From the NCBI GenBank assembly GCA_013239625.1, contig MU054212.1, forward strand, positions 558,001 through 622,000: a stretch of DNA of 64,000 nucleotides. The letters run 5' to 3'. Source of the stretch: Lama guanicoe (taxonomy: Eukaryota). Position numbers and translations under genes: made by a program. This document shows, piece by piece, positions 1 to 12,069 of the stretch. The first letter of the stretch is position 1. Each line of letters starts with the position of its first letter. The notes beneath the pieces are model-generated. The model saw nothing but the letters and a program-made list of their open reading frames with translations, did not search any database and had not been told where the DNA came from.

Positions 1-974
1 GAGGGGGAGGCCACTTGTGCCAGCCCCTCTGGAACCCACATCTGCACCCCTCGTGCTTTGGCCGCTGGCCAGACCCAAAGTCCCTGGCTCCTCCTCCCTT
101 TCAGCCTGGTAGGGAGCTGATGTGGAGGGAGACATCTCGCCTTGGAGCTGGCTTCTTCCCTGCCCGGAGCTTCACTCCCAGGCTACAGGTCATGTCCACA
201 CACTGTCTGGACAAAGGGTGGAGCACAGAGAGGGCTGGGATGTGATCAGGAGCATCAGTGACTATGACTCTCATCACTGACATCTTTCCAAGGAGAAAGT
301 CAAGGCCAGACAGTCCAATTTCCACTTTTAAAGTGTTTTAGAAAACATACATAACCTCTGGGACCATCTTAGGCTGAGTGGCATGTGGCTGTGTGCCACA
401 TGGCCCTGTGCAAGTGGCCCAAAGTAGTCAGCGAGAGTGAGGGGGAAATGTCAGTGGCTTTGGCATTGGAGCACAATCAGTGCCAATCAGTGAACAGAAC
501 TGCAAAGGCCCTGGGGTTTGGAGAGGCTTCAAGGAGCCACAGTCAAGGAAACTATGTTAAAAAAAGTCACAGGCTATGAACTGCTCCCTCCTCAGGGATT
601 CAGGCGGGGCGGGGGGCCGGAGCGGGGGCTGTTCGCTGTGCTCCTGGCCCATCAGCCCTGTGTCCGCCTCTCACATCCGCCTTGGCTGGTCCTCTGCCCT
701 CCAGCCCCCCGTCCTGTGACAGCACAAACGAGCAGAGCAAAAACGGCTTATCTGTACTCACTGTAACTTCCTCCAACTTGCTCACAGAATACTGTTCTCA
801 ATTTCCAACAAATCTTGTGTAAACATGAAGTTTAAAAAATAAGTCAGAAATCAAGGGAGTGGAGCAGGTTACGAAGTCTTTATTTTCTTTAATGGACCTT
901 TTTGATTTAAAAAATTGTAATATTTACTTAAAGACTTACTTGTTCCTAAGGAATAAAAATAGCAGAAGGGATGT

Positions 975-1134
975 TAGTTTGGGAGACAGGGGACTTGAAT
1001 TCTTGGCCCAATTCTTCTCCTAACTGGTTACATGGCTTTAGAAATTCACTTACCTACTCTGGGGCCTTGGTTTTCCCATCTGTAAAATGGGAGGGGCAGA
1101 TCAGCTGTTCTCTGAGGTCCTTTCCAGATTCTGT
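975..1134 (+). mobile_element. MIR/MIR3 SINE fragment
   Basis: MIR core ttttcccatctgtaaaatggg and MIR3-like tail tctctgaggtcctttccag. Confidence 0.7.
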
Positions 1135-1164
1135 ATGTACCAGTAATGAATGTACCAGTAATGA
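1135..1164. repeat. Perfect 15-bp tandem duplication (ATGTACCAGTAATGA)x2
   Basis: Read directly from the sequence. Confidence 0.9.
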
Positions 1165-3951
1165 CGCTGAAATGTTTTGGGAAATGTGGAGGCGGAAGGC
1201 TATTAGCCCAACTTGCTTCTAAGCTCAGCATACAGAAGAACAAACTGCTCCAAGGCATCTATTAAAAACCTTTTGCATAATTAAATGTATCCTGTAATCA
1301 GTGCTAACAAGAAAGAGCTAAACTTTCATTAAATTAGTTATTAATTTAATTCTATCCTAATTTAATTTTGCACCACTTAAAATGTATGGTTTTGAATGAG
1401 TACTTACACGTTAATGCAGGCAGCTTTGAAATTAATTCCTGCTTTGCTTAACCTGCCACAACCTGAGTGCTTAGTCTTACAGTTTCCTTGGCAATTGTTG
1501 CTAACGCCACAATTCTCTTAAAGCCTTTCTTAGATTTGGGGGGTGGGGGGTAGCTGAATGCTTAAAAAAAAGCACAAGGCAACAAACAGCTCACTGATGG
1601 AAGGACTATGTCAGTAGCATATGCAGTTAGAATTGGGTGCTGATATCAAAATAAAGCACCTCTGTTAAGTTATCCTGTTAAAAGTCTTGCTTTTCACCTC
1701 ACAGTTAATAAGTTAGTTTCTGTATCCACCTTGAACTCCAAGAACTGGGCGTTTGCAGTGAGAGGGTTTAGGCTGAGGAGTTTTCCACTTTGCCTGGGGT
1801 TACCTGGTATCCTAGAAGTAAGGACCTAGGCCATCTCTGCTAGGTGTCCAGAAGAACCTCAGTTCAGCTGCGGCAGGTGTGGCAGTCATCACCACCTGCC
1901 CGTTTCCAGCCTGTCTGGGGTGATGGGTACAGGCTGCTGCACCATAGTGATTACTGGTGCTGACAGTCACCTGGGCCCCTTTTGCAGACTTCTGGCTCCA
2001 GCAGGATGGGGAATTTTGTGCCCAAACCTGAGGGCAACAGCACCTGTTTCTGCAGGAATGGGACGCAGGGAGCAGCTCGGGGTCATCCTTCCTCTGAGCT
2101 GGGACCTGTACCAGCATCCAGCCGCTGGGGAGGTAGGAAGTTACCTTCACAGTCTAGCTCTTGGCCCCCTGCCCTCAGACTGGTGGGTCCAGGAAGGTCT
2201 GCATTTGCAGGGGAAACGGGGCGAGAGTGTGAGGATGCTCCTAAACACTTGGTCCTGCCCAGAAACCAGTGGAAGCACACCCTTATCTTTCAGAGATTCT
2301 CTTCTTTCCAGTGATTACATGTTTCTAGAACCTTCTGTTGTGTGTGAGACAGTTGGGGACCTTGGGCGGCTGCAGACTCTTAACAGTCATTCTGGAGGTA
2401 GAACTGAGCAGTTTGGGGTGCCGGGTCTGCCTCCAAAGAGCTGCCCCAAGAAGGCGGAGTGAGGCCCTATCCCCTTGGACCCCAAGGAGGCTAAATCTGG
2501 GTTTGGAAGCTTGGAGTGGGGAGGAAGATTGGTGGGTGCCATTCTCTATTCAAACCCCTCCTGAGATCCGCAGGAAGCATCTGTGAAATGCCCTCAGGTG
2601 GGGCTCTGCACATCTTTGAAAGAATCTATTTAAAACTGGAAATTCAGGGCCCTTAATAAGGGCTGCAATTTTAAAAATATAGGAGACAAAGTATGCGCCC
2701 TTTGTAGTTAAAGGTCTTAATAATAATCACAACACTTGAACAGTGCGTATGAACATTCACATGTATGTACGTATGTGTGAACATGAATATTTGTATTTGA
2801 ACATGTCACTTGACCGTATATGAAGCTCTTGTGAAAACCGTCACGTTGAAGTCTCACAGCAGCCCCAGGGAGGGATCTGAATACACCCCTCGTGACGGGT
2901 CAGGGTCGGTAGTGAGTTTGGGGTGGAAGCTGGGAAGGCCAGGTGGGCTGTGAAAGTGTGCTGTGGACCCTGCTCGGGTGGCGTGGACGCGACTGGGCCT
3001 TCCTTCCTTGAGACCCAAGGCCCGGGGAAGCCTAAGTTCTCAGGCACCCACGTCCGCTGGCAGGAGCCAGACCTCGGGGTCTGTGGTCAGAAAGATTTAA
3101 GTAACTGAAAAATTTTGGTAGTAGAAACCCAACTAGAAAAGTCATTGCTCCCTTTCTCGAGGCAAGACCAGATTTCAGATTCTCGTTTGTTGGGTTTTTT
3201 GCTTTTTTCCTAGTTGTTGTTACTGTCGTGTATCTTAGAATTTGCCGGGTGACTTTGAAAAAATACATACACGAATAAGATCTTTTCGGCCTCAATTCTG
3301 TCATCCCTGTAGTACAAGCACATGTCATATAGCCTAGGAAAAATTAATTGGAACCCAAGTCATTTTGTTCAACAAATATTTATTTAAAATTTATCTTTAA
3401 AGAAAGAAAACAGCCACTAATTGGGTCTCAGATTCTCTTTCAAAGTAAAGCTGCGACTTCCAGGCATAGCCAAGTTGAGAATTGAGGAAACTGTCCAGGT
3501 TGTTCGGACCAGAGTCCAGCTATGGGGGGAAAAAAAAGAGATTCAGGGTTGTTTTTAAACTGAATTTTCCCGTGTTTTTCCCACCTCTAAATTCGTTGCA
3601 TTTACAGTTTTCTGTACCCGTTACCTTTGCTGATACAGGAGAATTCTTTTTAAGATGACAAAAACAACTAATGTCTTGGAATCTGTGTAGGTTATGTTAC
3701 TGTAACTGAGGACAATAGTTCTCATTAGCTGGCTCTTCAGAGGCCCATATAAATTATTATCGATATTATCAAGGAAGTTGTCTGTCATTGGGTTTTTTTT
3801 TTTAAACTTCCTTGCTTCCAGCCATATCGTCCTCATTATCCTTGGGGTGACTCAAACCATTTGTCTGGTCTTTCTTTCCTGTCTTTGTGTGGAGATGTCT
3901 CAGCTGCCTGCCAGGCAACTTGACTGTTTTTGAAATGACTTTATTTTTCAG

Positions 3952-4044
3952 ATGTCGAACACTCTCAGGTTCGCCCAGACCAAAGAACTTTAAGAAGATT
4001 CATTTTATCAAGAACATGCGGCAACATGATACGAGGAATGGCAG
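3952..4044 (+). CDS. CABLES1: CABLES1 coding exon (human-equivalent exon 3), 93 nt, phase 2-2: (R)CRTLSGSPRPKNFKKIHFIKNMRQHDTRNG(R)
   Basis: Acceptor ttatttttcag ends at 3951; donor gtacca starts at 4045. The peptide is recognisable CABLES1 and its phase matches the next exon. Upstream exons lie outside the window. Confidence 0.96.
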
Positions 4045-6749
4045 GTACCACTCTAACAAAAGCTGCCCCAGCCTCCCTGCTGTAGGAGCGGGTGGGCCCA
4101 GTGGGATGGGCGGAGGGGGCCGTCTGAACGGCCAGACCTCACCAAGGAAGATGAGCAGGGTCTCATGAGACCTTCCCCAAGACGAATCTTCCCACCCGAC
4201 TCCCGCCAGAATCCTCCAAAGAAGTCTGCAGAAAATAGTGCGGCCAAAGGCTGGGTGAGATTTTTAGACTGACTAAAACTGAATTTTTAATAGTACTGAA
4301 ATATATTTTTATTAAGAAACTTTGAACAGAAGAACAGTTGAGTTTTGGGGGGGATTTTTTTTTTCTTTTTGGTTGTTTCTTTCTGTCTTCTTCTGCTTTG
4401 TTGGGTTTTGTTTTCTTTCTTCGCCAGGGCTGTGCGCTCCAGTCAGTAAATGACCCGCCAGCTCTGTGCCTGAAGTCGGGTTCGGCTCCCTCTTCGATGA
4501 TACTCGTTTAGAAAGGAGAGTCACCACTTTGCCAGCAGATTCTTCCTGGGTCCCCATTCAGGTTCCTGGCCCTGCTGACGTCTGGAGCACATGCTCCTCC
4601 AGGAAAGAGCTGCTCATTTGGAAAATGCTGTTCAATGAAAAAGACCATGGTTGAAATGTACGTGACCTTGGTATTAAAACTCTCCCGGCAACAAGTAGAT
4701 GTGAATCTTAATCGCCAGTATTTCTTATGACTGGAAGGCTAAGACCATTCATGGAAGCTGGGAACAGAACTCCAAGACCGCCTGGGGTCCCCTGATGCTC
4801 TGTACCCCTGGGGGCAGCTCCTCCTCACTGACCTGTGACCTGGATGGTAGTTTCCCTTGAATAAGAGGGTTAGAGACGCCATCCCAGAGCCGAGGTCCCG
4901 CCACAAAGAACATTTTGTTTGATCTCCTGATTTACAGAAGATCATATGGGTCCCATAATACTCTCTAATCTGTACCGAATGAAAATGGCTAGAAAAGCGA
5001 GACTTGTGGAATGATTAAGGCCCAGCACTACTGTAATTTGGTGTAAGATACACTGTGCAGCCTGAATAACCAATACTAACAATTACAGTGTTTAAAGACT
5101 TGTTTTCCTTAGAGTTTATACTTAACTTTTTAAACCTCACTTGAATAGAGACCATAATTTTACAGCTACTCAGTGATTTCAGAATGGCAAAATCGAGCTC
5201 ACTCATCAAGTAATTTTTACGTAGTCAGTATGTGTTCCTATCTTAAGTACAGAGCTTTTAGTTAAAATGCACCCAACTGTCATCTGTGAAATAGAATATT
5301 CTGAGTTTCTCTCTCTCACGCTGACTTTCACTGTCACATTTATTGTGCCTTTTCACTTAACCACACTGTTTTCCTTTTGTGGCTCTTACTGAATCCAAAC
5401 CTTATTTATGCCATTTTTTAGAACAATTATTCATCATTTATTTATACTGATGTTTTGTCTATAGTCTCTTGAACCATAAAGTAAACATAAAAAGCCTTAA
5501 ATTCCTAAATAAAATCAATGACAAAGCCAAAAAGTGGGCCACACTAATAGTATTCTCCACTTCTCAATGCTGTCGCGGATACAAAGTCAGATAATTACCT
5601 GGCGTGGTTCATAGTAAGAGGAAGTAGTTAATAAAAGATTTGGACTAATGAGGTTGCCAGTGTATATTACGAAGCTGCCTCCCCCAGCACATCCTTGGCC
5701 CAGAAACAACGTAGACAGTCCAGAAAGCACACAGTTGCTGGTAGTTTTGCTGGGGAATTTTCAGAGGGAATCAGGAGCGACTGTTAGCTTGTCTGAAGAT
5801 CTGAGGGCTGGAGTTTAGGGCAGGAAGCCCCCAGCACAGGCTGTAGGCTGCGGTGGCGGCGGCTGGTTGTGCCTGCCCAGGTGAGGGCTGCTTTTTCTGT
5901 GCCGGAGAAGATGAAAGGGCTGGAGGTGGTCTCCTTCCTCCCTCTGGTTGATTTATTAGCAGGGATGGACTGTTCTTAGACAGATGAAAGAAAGAACTCA
6001 GGAGGGCGCCAGGAAGAAACTGTGATTTCTGAAGTGACAGAAGGAAATTGTGGTCAAGAGCTGATGAGTGGGAGGAGGGGTCCCAGCCTTTCCAGGAGGG
6101 GAGGAGACTCCCCCACTGCAGCTGGGCAGCAGGTGTGAGATCGTCCTGTTGGAGGTGGCCAGGGGCAGGTGGGTGGGATGCAGTGCAGGGTGATGGGCAG
6201 GAGGGAGCCTGGGTGCGCGCTCAGAAGGGAGGGGCTGGGACTGGTGTGGTGGTGGAGGAGTGGGGGACTCTGATTCCCCCTCCTCAGGTGCGTGGCGCCT
6301 GTACACAGCACCACACCAGAGGGGGCATTCCTGCAGCCAGTGCTGGAGCCACTCAACTCATGTTTGCCTGCCTGAGCTGGGAGGAGCAAGGCTTCACAGA
6401 GAAGCCTGGAGGTGTTCATTAGAGAGCTGCAAGGTCCATCTGGATTGAGCACATAGCGGCCTGAGTACTGGCGTGTCTGCCTCCTCCTGCAGCCGGGACG
6501 AGAGACTGAAAGGGAGCCTGCTCAGAGCCGGAGGCCCACAGCTGGCATCCTCCCAGATGGGCAGGCTGGTCCCTGCTCCAGCCCCGACTTGTGCCCCTAT
6601 CCAGAGCCTCCTTGTGACCTCTGACCAGCACTGAGCAGCTCCTTTCTGGAAGGAGGCAAGCGCATCCAGGCAGATGGCACCTAATAAAGCAGCTCCTCAG
6701 CGATGAAGGATGCGGTGACGCCTGGGTCCAGTCCTTTCAGCACCGAGGT

Positions 6750-7270
6750 GCTGACACCTGCTCTGTGCTGGCACTGTTTTAAGTGATGGGGTGCATCTGT
6801 GAGTGAAGCAGACAGTGAGCCTGCTTCAAGGAGTTATAGTCTCGTTGGCGACAGACAGTAGACGAGTGACTGAATCCCATCAGAGGTGGGATGGACGTGC
6901 CGGGGAGGGGAACTGAAGCAGCTCAGGGGTGCGGGATTGGGGCATGTGGGGCGCCACTGATGGGGAGACCTCTGAGCAGACCTGTGAAGGAGGTGAGGGA
7001 GCCAGCCCCGTGCGGGACCAGCGGGGAAGAGCATTCGGGATGGGTGGAACAGCAGTTGCAGAGGGGCTGAGGCCAGAACACAGGGGGTGTGCCCGAGGAA
7101 CTATGGGTGGAATAGACAGAGGGAGAGAGGAGGACGAGACTTGCCCTGGGAAGTCCTGGGGGGGATTGGAAGTCGTCTGCTTGCTCTGTGAGTGAGATGG
7201 GAGCCGTGGAGGGGGCTGAGTAGAGGACTGATGTGATCTGGCTTGCATTTGAACAGGAGCACTTTGGCCA
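6750..7270 (-). mobile_element. L2 LINE 3' fragment
   Basis: Degenerate L2 3'-end motifs (cacctgctctgtgctggcactg; tgagatgggagccgtggagg; gatctggcttgcattt). Confidence 0.65.
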
Positions 7271-9417
7271 ACCAAAAATCCAGGGCAAGCATCGCAGGTC
7301 TTCTTTGGTAAACTTATTCTTATAGAAAATTAAAGAGTGTGAGAGTATTGTATATTGTCTTCTAAGAGTGAATTTATTTTGATATGAAGTTCAAAAATGA
7401 CTTGAGGTTTTTAAAAGACTGTTCACACAAGTATGAGTAAACCCTTTGTCACGACGGACAGGGGTCCAAGGCCCTGGGCCACAGAGTCTGGAATGGGCCT
7501 GTGACCATCCTGAGGACCGTGGCTGGGGACTGGGAGCTGCTGCTTAGTTAGTAGAGAGGATCCAGTCACCGTTCACTCCAATCTGTGTCTTCACTGACTG
7601 CGGGGTGAGGACGTTGACCAGACTTGAAGACAGATCTTGGTCCTTGGGGAGGAGACGCCCTTGAAAATGACAAACATCAGGAGGCCAGCTGGTGCCAACG
7701 GAGAGCTGATTCCTGACCAGGTGGAACTAGATCAGAGTGGAAGGCGGAGATTCTGAGCGTGGAGACTGACGATTAGCCAGGGGCTGTAAGGACATTTATG
7801 TCCAGTGACCCTCATGGTCCTGTTATGAAAGAACATCTCCTCTTGGTGCTTTCAATTCTCCGGAGACTCAAAAACATTTGTCTTTGAGAGCGATGGGAGA
7901 CCAGAGCCCTGGTTTCCAGTGGGCGTCTCCCTCTCACAGGCATTATTTTGCTTCCTTTTGAAGTCATCTGGTTTTCGAATGTCTGCCTTGTACACAAGCG
8001 ATGGCCACCACGTGCACCGGAAGTGGCCGCCTCCTGGGTCAGCTGTGAGAACTGTTTCATTCTGAGCAGGCAGAGAAGTGCTCTTGGCAGTGACTGGACT
8101 GGGCTGTCTCGTCCCTTGAAAGGAATTTTCAAAGAGACTTAAAAGGATTTGAGATGGGAGTGGACAGAGAAGTGAGCTAGCGTTGTCCCTTTAAAGTCTG
8201 AACTCATTTGGAAAAACAAAAGTATGAAAGATTCCGACACCTTTTATCTGGTCAAAAAGGTGCAGCGACTGCAGTCGAGGTGTAGCTTTTCGTTTTCATA
8301 CTGAACATTTTGGAGGGAACTAGGGGAATGGGTAACAACTGAAGTAAGACCTCGTTTGGCATCTCATCAGTTCCCATCTGACAGCTTAGTTTAGTTTGAA
8401 GAATGAGTCAGAGGAAGTGGCACGTTTCAAAAAAACAAAGCAACAAGTTACCAGCTCCAGACAGGCCATCTAGAAAAGACAAAAACATTATCGCCTTTTC
8501 TCCCTGAAACAAATCTGTCCCTTCCAACAGATGTTGGGCATCTTTTGTGAGGCTCCGTGCAACATCTGCCTTTTCCCAAGCAGGCTTTCCCCTCCCAGAA
8601 CTTTAGTTCTTTATTAAAAGCCTAGACTCCTCCATCCCCCAAGCAGCAAGAGGCTGGCAGGGAAGCATCTTTATCTGTATCTTCATTGTCTACAACCCAT
8701 TGTCAGTGAAACCTCAGTCCTGAAGGACAGCGAACGGATAGAGTTGGAGGAGCCTTTAATCACCCCAAACCTCACTGAGACTCCTGAGCCCAGCCTCTTG
8801 TGCACCAAAGTGTCCCCCAGCGCTGCTTTCAAGCATGACTGACCCGTTGATTTTCCTCCACTTCTTCCCTGGTGCAGTGACCGTGGGAGGGAGGGAGGAG
8901 CTGGGGCTGGCGCTGGTCAGCACCACATGCAGGGATTATGACGGTTTTCTTATCCATGCCTCGTTAAGAAGCATGGAGGGGATGCTGGCTTTTCCTGTGA
9001 CTCTGCACGAGGCTTTTGAGAGAAACTCTTTTGAGAGCAGCCGTGCCTGGTGCTTCTGGTGCGCCCATGTACGTTGCTGGAAAGCTCTCGGCCTGGGAAT
9101 GCTTGTTGCTTCTTTTCAACCAGTTTGATTTACAGGAAATAAAATGAGTCACAGAAAAAAGATTTCGGAGTTGGAGAGAACCTTCCCTGGGTTTCACCTC
9201 TCTGCTTGGCAAGAGGGCCTGTGAGCCTGGGGGAGACCAGACCTTGGTCCCCACCAGTGGTACGCGGCAGCCTGGGAAGAAAGCCATCGTCAGGGCCAGC
9301 AGACGGCTCAGGGCTGGGGCCGCGCTCAGGACACGGCTCCGCGTGCTGTCCAGGAGCACAGATGAGAGGGTGTGACCTCTGTGACACCACGCTCCACATG
9401 TTCTCCCCCTGCATCCC

Positions 9418-9835
9418 CGTTATGGGCTGGACTGTGTCCCCTCAAATTCACATGCTGAGCCCCAGCCCTCTGTACCTCAGAGCGTGACCTTGCTTGGAAA
9501 CAGAGTCATGGCAGGCGTAGTTAGTTGAGATTGAGCTGGAGCAGTGTGGACCCCTAATCTAACCTGACTGTCCTTATAAAAGGGGGGACTTGGAGATGGA
9601 CGTGCACACAGGGAGAACGCCACGCGTCATTGTAAGGGCTGGTGTTCTGTTGCACAAGCCAAGGGACTCCCAGAGGCTGGGAGAGGTGCCGGGAACACAT
9701 CCCACCTTGTGCCTTCATCAGAGGGAGCCCAGCCCTTGACGCCTGGAGCTCGGACTTTCGGACTCCGGAACTGGGAGATGATTGATTTCTGTCGTGTCAG
9801 CCAGCGCCATGGAACAAGGCATGTGGCAGCCCGGC
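9418..9835 (+). mobile_element. MaLR solo LTR (MLT1B/C-like)
   Basis: Starts gttatgggctggactgtgtcccc; internal cctaatctaa...gtccttataaaagggg and cacagggagaacgcca. Confidence 0.8.
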
Positions 9836-10779
9836 ACCCCCGCTGTCCCCTAGTCTCTCTCGCTGCACATGTGATCTCTGCTGTCTGTCCCCACTCCCCG
9901 ACCCCTCTCTTCTCATCTCAAGAACCCATCCCGGGGGGTGCCCCCTTAGCCACGGCTCAGCCACCATCGCTGTCATAACCACTCCAGGCCCCCTGAGCCC
10001 CAGGTCCGGCCCTGCTGAATTATTTACACTAATTGCTTGGTTGAGGGAAGAGATTAGTAAATGCTGGGGGAAAAAACCCCACAGAAGTGACATAGGTAGT
10101 TTAAACACCGTGCTTTAATTTAAGGCATGCTGGGGGTCATCTGTTCTAACAGGGGCTTGATGCCAGGTCTTTCTTTGCACTGGGGCCCCCGAGCGGAGTC
10201 TGTGGCGTTGACCTCACACACGTCATCATTTCCACCCGCTGCTGCTTTGCCCAGACTGGACTTCTTTAGAGTGACCCAAGAAACTCAGTGCAAAATCCTT
10301 TTGGAGTTTTACAATTCTTTCCTTATCTTTTATAGCTGCCCACACCTATCTCAGTGGCAGATTTTTCCAGTGACTTGTCTTGTTTGAATATATTTTAAAG
10401 CAATCAGTGTTATTGTTGTTTTTTACATAGAAACAAGCCCTTCTTTCCTGTGTTTGTTTTCACATGTCATTAGTTTGTGCAATCTTTAATGAACAAGGAC
10501 AAGTGTCACCAGCAAGTACAGCTGGAATAAACAGACGGGGGGCATCCCGACTGATCCTAGCGAGGGTGCAGCTCGGAGTGGGCGTTCTAGAGAGCAGCCT
10601 TCCAGCCTGAGCTTTGCGTGTGTGGTAGGTGTTGGTCACAGTGACCTACAGAGGAATGGAGACCCTGTTGGGTCAGGCAGCGGAAGTCCGGAGAGTTTTA
10701 ACGCACACTCAGTGCCTCGAATAGGCCTTCCGCTCCTCCTCCCAGCCTTGACTCATACCAGTCCCTCTGCCAGCATATC

Positions 10780-11055
10780 TTCTCTTTACAGCCTGATGCC
10801 CCCTTTCCCTAAGGTCTCATTTAGCTGTCACTTCCTCCAGGAAGCCCACCTAGCCTCCTTTGGGCTGGATTAACCCTGCAGTGTGCTCGACAGCGCCCTC
10901 TACTCCCCAGTCAGGAAAGTCACACCCTTGTGTAACTGTCTCCCACCCAACCATAAGCCTCGTGAGGATGAGCCCTTGCCTGTGTCCTGCATCTGCAGGT
11001 CCCCAGCACCTCGCACAGGGACTGGCACAGATTAAGTGGTATTTGTGGAAAGGAG
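10780..11055 (+). mobile_element. L2 LINE 3' fragment
   Basis: gtcacttcctccaggaagcc and ccccagcacctcgcacagggactggcacag...tatttgtggaa. Confidence 0.6.
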
Positions 11056-11636
11056 GGAGGAGGAGAGGCAGATCGTGTAACTTATTTCTCAGAAATCTTC
11101 CACCACGTCCTGGATTGTAGGACAGGGTACACCTTACCTTAGCAGGCAGCGAAGTCCTGCAGTGTCATCGTAGTGATGTGAGCAGTGTTGGAGGTGGCCG
11201 TGGAGAGGGTGGTGGTGCTGGCAGTGGGCGTAAGAAGACTGGCGCCTCCCCTGATGGTGATGCCACCGTCTCGTTCTTGCGGGTCTCAGCGTAGGTCTTC
11301 ACATGCATTCTGCTGCCGAATTTGCCAGTGCTGTGTCCCCTGAGCCCCCGGCTCCAGCGCCCTGTGCGGCCTCACACGTCATTGGGTAGGTCTGTTTCCC
11401 TTCATCCGGAGCTCACCTGTCGGGATCCTGCTCCTCCCAGGTGCTTGTCGCAGGCCCCAGCCCCACCACTTGCTCAGGCTTCTAGGTCCCTCTGCTCCAC
11501 GGGCTCCTCCCCTCCTGCCAGCTCCCTGGTCTGGAATCTTGTCTCCGGGCACCAGCAAACATTGCATCAGGGCACAGAGGACCTGCTGAGCAAGTGGCAC
11601 CAAGCGGCGCTGGGAAGAAAGTGGCTGAAGGCCAGC

Positions 11637-12069
11637 TGTTTCCTTTCTCCAGGGCTGCCCTCCAGAGTATCACAAACTGGCTGGCTTTAAACAACAAAAA
11701 TGCATCCCCTTACAGCTCTGGAGGCCAGGTGCCAGCAAGGCCATGCGCCCTCTGAAGGCTCCGGTGAAGGATCAGCCCTTGCCTCTCCTTGCTCCTGGTG
11801 GCTGCTGGCAGTTGTTGGCATCCATGGCCTTCACGTGACTCCCATCCCTGCCTCCATCACCACGTGGCCTTCTCTCTGCTTTCGTCTGGATGTCTCCAAA
11901 TCTCTCTCCTTATGAAGTCCAGCCACTGGGTCTAAAGCCCACCCTAATCCAGCGTGACCTCATCCTAGCTGATGACGTCTGCAAAGACTGTATTTCCAAA
12001 TAAGGCCACAGACACTGGGGATTAGGACTTCCACATGTCCTTTGGGGGAACACGATTCAACCCACAACA
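11637..12069 (-). mobile_element. MaLR solo LTR (MLT1C-like)
   Basis: agggctgcc...cacaaactggctggctttaaacaac; tctgcaaagactgtatttccaaataaggccaca; ends aacccacaaca. Confidence 0.8.

Noticed and set aside
1..3951. Search for the upstream CABLES1 exon 2 or promoter
   Set aside because: No matching peptide or CpG island was seen; they must lie before the window.
5030..5089. Hairpin (actgtaatt...aattacagt) resembling a pre-miRNA
   Set aside because: The stem is only ~15 bp with a bulge and G-U pairs, and the loop is large. Too weak without small-RNA evidence.
6666..6680. CTCF-like motif CAGGCAGATGGCAC
   Set aside because: Imperfect match; such hits are expected by chance in 64 kb of GC-rich DNA.
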